Assembly: GCA_964057225.1 (NCBI GenBank)
Contig: OZ059895.1
Location: 20,460,001-20,524,000, forward strand
Reading direction: 5' to 3'
Origin: Auanema rhodensis
Lineage: Eukaryota; Animalia; Nematoda
Length of the DNA: 64,000 bases
Both the position numbers and the translations under genes were made by a program. Below the pieces are notes generated by a model that saw only the letters and a list, made by a program, of their open reading frames with translations, was not told where the DNA came from and made no database searches. Below, in pieces: positions 54,301 to 64,000 of this stretch. How positions within the stretch are numbered: position 1 is the stretch's first letter; each line of letters opens with the position of its first letter.

Positions 54301-57300
54301 TGATATTGGTGCATGGTAACCATGACTTTAAAATTTACGTGAACTTTAATTTATGCTAATTAAGTGTACACATGATGTGCACTTGGTATGTAACTCGCTT
54401 CACGTCAAAGATAAAGAGATGCGGTTTTTAAAATTAGATTCCCCATGTCCATATAAGTCTAAAAACAAATTTTTATTAATATTGGTGCATGGTAACCATG
54501 ACTTTGAAATTTACGTGAACTTTAATTTATGCTAATTAAGTGTACACATGCTGTGCACTTGGTATGTAACTCGCTTCACGTCAAAGATAAAGAGATGCGG
54601 TTTTCAAAATTAGATTCCCCATGTCCATATAAGTCTAAAAACAAATTTTTATTAATATTGGTGCATGGTAACCATGACTTTAAAATTTACGTGAACTTCA
54701 ATTTATGCTAATTAAGTGTACACGTGATGTGCGCTTGGTATGTAACTCTCTTCACGTGAAAGGTAAAGAGATGCGGTTTTCAAAATTAGATTCCTCATGT
54801 CCATATTAGTCTAAAAACGAATTTTTATTGATATTGGTGCATGGTAACCATGACTTTAAAATTTACGTGAACTTTAATTTATGCTAATTAAGTGTACACA
54901 TGATGTGCACTTGGTATGTAACTTGCTTCACGTCAAAGATAAAGAGATGCGGTTTTCAAAATTAGATTCCCCATGTCCATTTTAGTCTAAAAACGAATTT
55001 TTATTGATATTGGTGGATGGTAACCATGACTTTAAAACTTACGTGAACTTCAATTTATGCTAATTAAGTGTACACGTGATGTGCACTTGGTATGTAACTC
55101 GCTTCACGTGAAAGATAAAGAGATGCGGTTTTCAAAATTAGATTCCTCATGTCCATATTAGTCTAAAAACGAATTTTTATTGATATTGGTGCATGGTAAC
55201 CATGACTTTAAAATTTACGTGAACTTTAATTTATGCTAATTAAGTGTACACATGATGTGCACTTGGTATGTAACTCGCTTCACGTCAAAGATAAAGAGAT
55301 GCGGTTTTCAAAATTAGATTCCCCATGTCCATGTTAGTCTAAAAACAAATTTCTATTAATATTGGTGCATGGTAACTATGACTTTGAAATTTACGTGAAC
55401 TTTAATTTATGCTAATTAAGTGTACACATGATGTGCACTTGGTATGTAACTCGCTTCAAGTGAAAGATAAAGAGATGCGCTTTTCAAAATTAGATTTCGC
55501 ATGTCCATATTAGTCTAAAAACAAATTTTTATTGATATTGGTGCATGGTAACCATGACTTTAAAATTTACGTGAACTTTAATTTATGCTAATTAAGTGTA
55601 CACATGATGTGCACTTGGTATGTAACTCGCTTCACGTCAAAGATAAAGAGATGCGGTTTTCAAAATTAGATTCCCCATGTCCATATTAGTCTAAAAACAA
55701 ATTTTTATGAATATTGGTGCATGGTAACCATGACTTTGAAATTTACGTGAACTTTAATTTATGCTAATTAAGTGTACACATGATGTGCACTTGGTATGTA
55801 ACTCGCTTCACGTCAAAGATAAAGAGATGCGGTTTTGAAAATTAGATTCCCCATGTCCATATTAGTCTAAAAACAAATTTTTATTAATATTGGTGCATGG
55901 TAACCATGACTTTGAAATTTACGTGAACTTTAATTTATGCTAATTAAGTGTACACATGATGTGCACTTGGTAAGTAACTCGCTTCACGTCAAAGATAAAG
56001 AGATGCGGTTTTCAAAATTAGATTCCCCATGTCCATATTAGTCTAAAAACAATTTTTTATCAATATTGGTGCATGGTAACCATGACTTTGAAATTTACGT
56101 GAACTTTAATTTATGCTAATTAAGTGTACACATGATGTGCACTTGGTATGTAACTCGCTTCACGTCAAAGATAAAGAGATGCGGTTTTGAAAATTAGATT
56201 CCCCATGTCCATATTAGTCTAAAAACAAATTTTTATTAATATTGGTGCATGGTAACCATGACTTTGAAATTTACGTGAACTTTAATTTATGCTAATTAAG
56301 TGTACACATGATGTGCACTTGGTAAGTAACTCGCTTCACGTCAAAGATAAAGAGATGCGGTTTTCAAAATTAGATTCCCCATGTCCATATTAGTCTAAAA
56401 ACAATTTTTTATCAATATTGGTGCATGGTAACCATGACTTTGAAATTTACGTGAACTTTAATTTTTGCTAATTAAGTGTACACATGCTGTGCGCTTGGTA
56501 TGTAACTCTCTTCACGTGAAAGATAAAGAGATGCGGTTTCCAAAATTAGATTCCCCATGTCCATATTAGTCTAAAAACAAATTTTTATTGATATTGGTGC
56601 ATGGTAACCATGACTTTAAAATTTACGTGAACTTTAATTTATGCTAATTAAGTGTACACATGATGTGCACTTGGTATGTAACTCGCTTCACGTCAAAGAT
56701 AAAGAGATGCGGTTTTCAAAATTAGATTCCCCATGTCCATGTTAGTCTAAAAACAAATTTCTATTAATATTGGTGCATGGTAACTATGACTTTGAAATTT
56801 ACGTGAACTTTAATTTATGCTAATTAAGTGTACACATGATGTGCACTTGGTATGTAACTCGCTTCAAGTGAAAGATAAAGAGATGCGCTTTTCAAAATTA
56901 GATTTCGCATGTCCATATTAGTCTAAAAACAAATTTTTATTGATATTGGTGCATGGTAACCATGACTTTAAAATTTACGTGAACTTTAATTTATGCTAAT
57001 TAAGTGTACACATGATGTGCACTTGGTATGTAACTCGCTTCACGTCAAAGATAAAGAGATGCGGTTTTCAAAATTAGATTCCCCATGTCCATATTAGTCT
57101 AAAAACAAATTTTTATTAATATTGGTGCATGGTAACCATGACTTTGAAATTTACGTGAACTTTAATTTATGCTAATTAAGTGTACACATGATGTGCACTT
57201 GGTATGTAACTCGCTTCACGTCAAAGATAAAAAGATGAGGTTTTCAAAATTAGATTCCCCATGTCCATATTAGTCTAAAAACAAATTTTTATTAATATTG

Positions 57301-59104
57301 GTGCATGGTAACCATGACTTTGAAATTTACGTGAACTTTAATTTATGCTAATTAAGTGTACACATGATGTGCGCTTGGTATGTAACTCGCTTCACGTGAA
57401 AGATAACGAGATGCGGTTTCCAAAATTAGATTCCCCATGTCCATATTAGTCTAAAAACAAATTTTTATTGATATTGGTGCATGGCAACCATGACTTTAAA
57501 ATTTACGTGAACTTTAATTTATGTTAATTAAGTGTACACATGATGTGCACTTGGTATGTAACTCGCTTCACTCAAAGATAAAGAGATGCGGTTTTCAAAA
57601 TTAGATTCCCCATGTCCATATTAGTCTAAAAACAATTTTTTATCAATATTGGTGCATGGTAACCATGACTTTGAAATTTACGTGAACTTTAATTTATGCT
57701 AATTAAGTGTACACATGATGTGCGCTTGGTATGTAACTCTCTTCACGTGAAAGATAAAGAGATGCGGTTTTCAAAATTAGATTCCTCATGTCCATATTAG
57801 TCTAAAAACGAATTTTTATTGATATTAATGCATGGTAACCATGACTTTAAAATTTACGTGAACTTTAATTTATGCTAATTAAGTGTACACATGATATGCA
57901 CTTGGTATGTAACTCGCTTCACGTCAAAGATAAAGAGATGCGGTTTTCAAAATTAGATTCCCCATGTCCATATTAGCCTAAAAACAAATTTTTTATTGAT
58001 ATTGGTGCATGGTAACCATGACTTTGAAATTTACGTGAACTTTAATTTATGCTAATTAAGTGTACACGTGATGTGCACTTGGTATGTAACTCGCTTCACG
58101 TGAAAGATAAAGAGATGCGGTTTTCAAAATTAGATTCCCCATGTCCATATTAGTCTAAACACAAATTTTTATTGATATTGGTGCATGGTAACCATGACTT
58201 TGAAATTTACGTGAACTTTAATTTATGCTAATTAAGTGTACACGTGATGTGCACTTGGTATGTAACTCGCTTCACGTGAAAGATAAAAAGATGCGGTTTT
58301 CAAAATTAGATTCCCCATGTCCATGTTAGTCTAAAAACAAATTTCTATTAATATTGGTGCATGGTAACTATGACTTTGAAATTTACGTGAACTTTAATTT
58401 ATGCTAATTAAGTGTACACATGATGTGCACTTGGTATGTAACTCGCTTCAAGTGAAAGATAAAGAGATGCGCTTTTCAAAATTAGATTTCGCATGTCCAT
58501 ATTAGTCTAAAAACAAATTTTTATTGATATTGGTGCATGGTAACCATGACTTTAAAATGTACGTGAACTTTAATTTATGCTAATTAAGTGTACACATGAT
58601 GTGCACTTGGTATGTAACTCGCTTCACGTCAAAGATAAAGAGATGCGGTTTTCAAAATTAGATTCTCCATGTCCATATTAGTCTAAAAACAAATTTTTAT
58701 TAATATTGGTGCATGGTAACCATGACTTTGAAATTTACGTGAACTTTAATTTATGCTAATTAAGTGTACACATGATGTGCACTTGGTATGTAACTCGCTT
58801 CACGTCAAAGATAAAAAGATGAGGTTTTCAAAATTAGATTCCCCATGTCCATATTAGTCTAAAAACAAATTTTTATTAATATTGGTGCATGGTAACCATG
58901 ACTTTGAAATTTACGTGAACTTTAATTTATGCTAATTAAGTGTACACATGATGTGCGCTTGGTATGTAACTCGCTTCACGTGAAAGATAAAGAGATGCGG
59001 TTTCCAAAATTAGATTCCCCATGTCCATATTAGTCTAAAAACAAATTTTTATTGATATTGGTGCATGGCAACCATGACTTTAAAATTTACGTGAACTTTA
59101 ATTT
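45377..59104. repeat. 33/31-mer higher-order repeat: 45377-51184 (33 monomers), 51185-56640 (31), 56641-59104 (partial)
   Basis: ORF doublets 48897/49073 and 54353/54529 are 5456 bp (31x176) apart. The GAAAGGTAAAG marker monomers start at 49249 and 54705. G-deletion monomers start at 46257, 51713 and 57521 (spacings 31 and 33). Confidence 0.88.
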
Positions 59105-62100
59105 ATGCTAATTAAGTGTACACATGATGTGCACTTGGTATGTAACTCGCTTCACGTCAAAGATAAAAAGATGAGGTTTTCAAAATTAGATTCCCCATGT
59201 CCATATTAGTCTAAAAACAAATTTTTATTAATATTGGTGCATGGTAACCATGACTTTGAAATTTACGTGAACTTTAATTTATGCTAATTAAGTGTACACA
59301 TGATGTGCGCTTGGTATGTAACTCGCTTCACGTGAAAGATAAAGAGATGCGGTTTCCAAAATTAGATTCCCCATGTCCATATTAGTCTAAAAACAAATTT
59401 TTATTAATATTGGTGCATGGTAACCATGACTTTGAAATTTACGTGAACTTTAATTTATGCTAATTAAGTGTACACATGATGTGCACTTGGTATGTAACTC
59501 GCTTCACGTCAAAGATAAAAAGATGAGGTTTTCAAAATTAGATTCCCCATGTCCATATTAGTCTAAAAACAAATTTTTATTGATATTGGTGCATGGCAAC
59601 CATGACTTTAAAATTTACGTGAACTTTAATTTATGCTAATTAAGTGTACACATGATGTGCACTTGGTATGTAACTCGCTTCACGTCAAAGATAAAAAGAT
59701 GAGGTTTTCAAAATTAGATTCCCCATGTCCATATTAGTCTAAAAACAAATTTTTATTAATATTGGTGCATGGTAACCATGACTTTGAAATTTACGTGAAC
59801 TTTAATTTATGCTAATTAAGTGTACACGTGATGTGCACTTGGTATGTAACTCGCTTCACGTGAAAGATAAAAAGATGCGGTTTTCAAAATTAGATTCCCC
59901 ATGTCCATGTTAGTCTAAAAACAAATTTCTATTAATATTGGTGCATGGTAACTATGACTTTGAAATTTACGTGAACTTTAATTTATGCTAATTAAGTGTA
60001 CACATGATGTGCACTTGGTATGTAACTCGCTTCAAGTGAAAGATAAAGAGATGCGCTTTTCAAAATTAGATTTCGCATGTCCATATTAGTCTAAAAACAA
60101 ATTTTTATTGATATTGGTGCATGGTAACCATGACTTTAAAATGTACGTGAACTTTAATTTATGCTAATTAAGTGTACACATGATGTGCACTTGGTATGTA
60201 ACTCGCTTCACGTCAAAGATAAAGAGATGCGGTTTTCAAAATTAGATTCCCCATGTCCATATTAGTCTAAAAACAAATTTTTATTAATATTGGTGCATGG
60301 TAACCATGACTTTGAAATTTACGTGAACTTTAATTTATGCTAATTAAGTGTACACATGATGTGCACTTGGTATGTAACTCGCTTCACGTCAAAGATAAAA
60401 AGATGAGGTTTTCAAAATTAGATTCCCCATGTCCATATTAGTCTAAAAACAAATTTTTATTAATATTGGTGCATGGTAACCATGACTTTGAAATTTACGT
60501 GAACTTTAATTTATGCTAATTAAGTGTACACATGATGTGCGCTTGGTATGTAACTCGCTTCACGTGAAAGATAAAGAGATGCGGTTTCCAAAATTAGATT
60601 CCCCATGTCCATATTAGTCTAAAAACAAATTTTTATTGATATTGGTGCATGGCAACCATGACTTTAAAATTTACGTGAACTTTAATTTATGCTAATTAAG
60701 TGTACACATGATGTGCACTTGGTATGTAACTCGCTTCACGTCAAAGATAAAAAGATGAGGTTTTCAAAATTAGATTCCCCATGTCCATATTAGTCTAAAA
60801 ACAAATTTTTATTAATATTGGTGCATGGTAACCATGACTTTGAAATTTACGTGAACTTTAATTTATGCTAATTAAGTGTACACATGATGTGCGCTTGGTA
60901 TGTAACTCGCTTCACGTGAAAGATAAAGAGATGCGGTTTCCAAAATTAGATTCCCCATGTCCATATTAGTCTAAAAACAAATTTTTATTGATATTGGTGC
61001 ATGGCAACCATGACTTTAAAATTTACGTGAACTTTAATTTATGCTAATTAAGTGTACACATGATGTGCACTTGGTATGTAACTCGCTTCACGTCAAAGAT
61101 AAAAAGATGAGGTTTTCAAAATTAGATTCCCCATGTCCATATTAGTCTAAAAACAAATTTTTATTAATATTGGTGCATGGTAACCATGACTTTGAAATTT
61201 ACGTGAACTTTAATTTATGCTAATTAAGTGTACACATGATGTGCGCTTGGTATGTAACTCGCTTCACGTGAAAGATAAAGAGATGCGGTTTCCAAAATTA
61301 GATTCCCCATGTCCATATTAGTCTAAAAACAAATTTTTATTAATATTGGTGCATGGTAACCATGACTTTGAAATTTACGTGAACTTTAATTTATGCTAAT
61401 TAAGTGTACACATGATGTGCACTTGGTATGTAACTCGCTTCACGTCAAAGATAAAAAGATGAGGTTTTCAAAATTAGATTCCCCATGTCCATATTAGTCT
61501 AAAAACAAATTTTTATTGATATTGGTGCATGGCAACCATGACTTTAAAATTTACGTGAACTTTAATTTATGCTAATTAAGTGTACACATGATGTGCACTT
61601 GGTATGTAACTCGCTTCACGTCAAAGATAAAAAGATGAGGTTTTCAAAATTAGATTCCCCATGTCCATATTAGTCTAAAAACAAATTTTTATTAATATTG
61701 GTGCATGGTAACCATGACTTTGAAATTTACGTGAACTTTAATTTATGCTAATTAAGTGTACACATGATGTGCACTTGGTATGTAACTCGCTTCACGTCAA
61801 AGATAAAAAGATGAGGTTTTCAAAATTAGATTCCCCATGTCCATATTAGTCTAAAAACAAATTTTTATTAATATTGGTGCATGGTAACCATGACTTTGAA
61901 ATTTACGTGAACTTTAATTTATGCTAATTAAGTGTACACATGATGTGCGCTTGGTATGTAACTCGCTTCACGTGAAAGATAAAGAGATGCGGTTTCCAAA
62001 ATTAGATTCCCCATGTCCATATTAGTCTAAAAACAAATTTTTATTAATATTGGTGCATGGTAACCATGACTTTGAAATTTACGTGAACTTTAATTTATGC

Positions 62101-64000
62101 TAATTAAGTGTACACATGATGTGCACTTGGTATGTAACTCGCTTCACGTCAAAGATAAAAAGATGAGGTTTTCAAAATTAGATTCCCCATGTCCATATTA
62201 GTCTAAAAACAAATTTTTATTGATATTGGTGCATGGCAACCATGACTTTAAAATTTACGTGAACTTTAATTTATGCTAATTAAGTGTACACATGATGTGC
62301 ACTTGGTATGTAACTCGCTTCACGTCAAAGATAAAAAGATGAGGTTTTCAAAATTAGATTCCCCATGTCCATATTAGTCTAAAAACAAATTTTTATTAAT
62401 ATTGGTGCATGGTAACCATGACTTTGAAATTTACGTGAACTTTAATTTATGCTAATTAAGTGTACACATGATGTGCACTTGGTATGTAACTCGCTTCACG
62501 TCAAAGATAAAAAGATGAGGTTTTCAAAATTAGATTCCCCATGTCCATATTAGTCTAAAAACAAATTTTTATTAATATTGGTGCATGGTAACCATGACTT
62601 TGAAATTTACGTGAACTTTAATTTATGCTAATTAAGTGTACACATGATGTGCGCTTGGTATGTAACTCGCTTCACGTGAAAGATAAAGAGATGCGGTTTC
62701 CAAAATTAGATTCCCCATGTCCATATTAGTCTAAAAACAAATTTTTATTGATATTGGTGCATGGCAACCATGACTTTAAAATTTACGTGAACTTTAATTT
62801 ATGCTAATTAAGTGTACACATGATGTGCACTTGGTATGTAACTCGCTTCACGTCAAAGATAAAAAGATGAGGTTTTCAAAATTAGATTCCCCATGTCCAT
62901 ATTAGTCTAAAAACAAATTTTTATTAATATTGGTGCATGGTAACCATGACTTTGAAATTTACGTGAACTTTAATTTATGCTAATTAAGTGTACACATGAT
63001 GTGCGCTTGGTATGTAACTCGCTTCACGTGAAAGATAAAGAGATGCGGTTTCCAAAATTAGATTCCCCATGTCCATATTAGTCTAAAAACAAATTTTTAT
63101 TGATATTGGTGCATGGCAACCATGACTTTGAAATTTACGTGAACTTTAATTTATGCTAATTAAGTGTACACATGATGTGCGCTTGGTATGTAACTCGCTT
63201 CACGTGAAAGATAAAGAGATGCGGTTTCCAAAATTAGATTCCCCATGTCCATATTAGTCTAAAAACAAATTTTTATTGATATTGGTGCATGGCAACCATG
63301 ACTTTAAAATTTACGTGAACTTTAATTTATGCTAATTAAGTGTACACATGATATGCACTTGGTATGTAACTCGCTTCACGTCAAAGATAAAGAGATGCGG
63401 TTTTCAAAATTAGATTCCCCATGTCCATTTTAGTCTAAAAACAAATTTTTATTGATATTGGTGGATGGTAACCATGACTTTAAAACTTACGTGAACTTCA
63501 ATTTATGCTAATTAAGTGTACACGTGATGTGCACTTGGTATGTAACTCGCTTCACGTGAAAGATAAAGAGATGCGGTTTTCAAAATTAGATTCATCATGT
63601 CCATATTAGTCTAAAAACAAATTTTTATTGATATTGGTGCATGGCAACCATGACTTTAAAATTTACGTGAACTTTAATTTATGCTAATTAAGTGTACACA
63701 TGATGTGCACTTGGTATGTAACTCGCTTCACGTCAAAGATAAAAAGATGAGGTTTTCAAAATTAGATTCCCCATGTCCATATTAGTCTAAAAACAAATTT
63801 TTATTAATATTGGTGCATGGTAACCATGACTTTGAAATTTACGTGAACTTTAATTTATGCTAATTAAGTGTACACATGATGTGCGCTTGGTATGTAACTC
63901 GCTTCACGTGAAAGATAAAGAGATGCGGTTTCCAAAATTAGATTCCCCATGTCCATATTAGTCTAAAAACAAATTTTTATTGATATTGGTGCATGGCAAC
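58753..64000. repeat. Region dominated by two monomer types (A: AAAAAGATGAGG/ATTAAT/TTTGAAA; B: GTGCGC/CACGTG/TTTCCAAA/GGCAACC/TTTAAAA) and their chimeras
   Basis: A/B alternation at 58753-59280, 60337-61216, 62449-63152 and 63681-64000; a 4-mer repeated at 61041-61744 and 61745-62448. Confidence 0.82.

Larger units (their letters stand above)
1..64000. repeat. 176-bp tandem satellite DNA array (about 363.6 monomers, one orientation, runs off both window ends); putative centromeric/pericentromeric satellite
   Basis: ATGCTAATTAAG recurs at 147+176n up to 16867 and at 145+176n at the end (e.g. 63681). ORF-track spacings are multiples of 176 (+/-1). Monomers differ from consensus at only a few sites and I saw no non-satellite insertion. 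The centromeric role is inferred only from monomer length, homogeneity and HORs. Confidence 0.99.
28832..64000. repeat. Right sub-family domain of the satellite
   Basis: Diagnostic alleles: GCGCTTTT, CATGTTAG+TTTCTATT+AACTATG, CAATTTTTTATCAAT, GTTTTGAAA, AAAAAGATGAGG, GTGCGCTTGG, GTTTCCAAA, GGCAACC; mostly TTCCCC. The left markers AAGGGATG, AAGTGCACAC and TCTCAAAA were not seen here. Confidence 0.85.

Noticed and set aside
499-54711. 32 ORFs of 60 aa as a tandem multigene family
   Set aside because: Each is one satellite monomer with a TAG>AAG SNP. They overlap the next monomer, have no intergenic or promoter space, show mostly non-synonymous variation and contain no recognisable domain.
1-64000. 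CRISPR array (palindromic repeat at a regular period)
   Set aside because: There are no unique spacers, the entire 176 bp is repeated, and no cas genes or leader are present.
1-64000. 5S rDNA, tRNA, snRNA or spliced-leader tandem gene array
   Set aside because: I see no recognisable 5S or tRNA sequence, Pol III A/B/C boxes or cloverleaf, and the unit is only about 32% GC.
1-64000. Identification as Brassica CentBr or another known 176-bp satellite on length alone
   Set aside because: Monomer length is not diagnostic and the sequence does not match what I recall of those families. A database search is needed.
1-64000. Whole array as an assembly or sequencing artefact
   Set aside because: Copies carry hierarchical, position-dependent shared SNPs and indels consistent with real duplication history. 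Individual near-identical blocks still need read validation.
1-64000. Variant order as an information-bearing code or programmed diversification system
   Set aside because: The patterns are fully explained by nested block duplication, unequal exchange and gene conversion. No recombinase, reverse transcriptase or expression site is present in the window.

Overview
The whole 64-kb window is one uninterrupted, head-to-tail, single-orientation tandem array of a 176-bp AT-rich monomer (about 32% GC by my count of the consensus; about 363.6 copies). Consensus, in the register starting at 147: ATGCTAATTAAGTGTACACATGATGTGCACTTGGTATGTAACTCGCTTCACGTCAAAGATAAAGAGATGCGGTTTTCAAAATTAGATTCCCCATGTCCATATTAGTCTAAAAACAAATTTTTATTGATATTGGTGCATGGTAACCATGACTTTGAAATTTACGTGAACTTTAATTT. 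This is eukaryotic-type satellite DNA, plausibly centromeric or pericentromeric (inference). I do not recognise the family or the organism. I found no genes, RNA genes, transposons or CRISPR array. The 32 ORFs of 60 aa all arise from one SNP (TAG>AAG) in the monomer. The informative structure lies in the variants: (1) two sub-family domains whose junction has itself been duplicated; (2) nested, shifting higher-order repeats (2-, 4-, 7-, 8-, 14- and 31/33-mers) rather than one fixed HOR; (3) a 176-bp register that drifts by only 2 bp net over 64 kb, including a linked -1/+1 indel pair; (4) a cryptic two-fold symmetry in the monomer, with axes exactly 88 bp apart, plus several short palindromes. 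All alignments were done by eye, so block boundaries are accurate to about one monomer. I found no evidence of a novel gene system.
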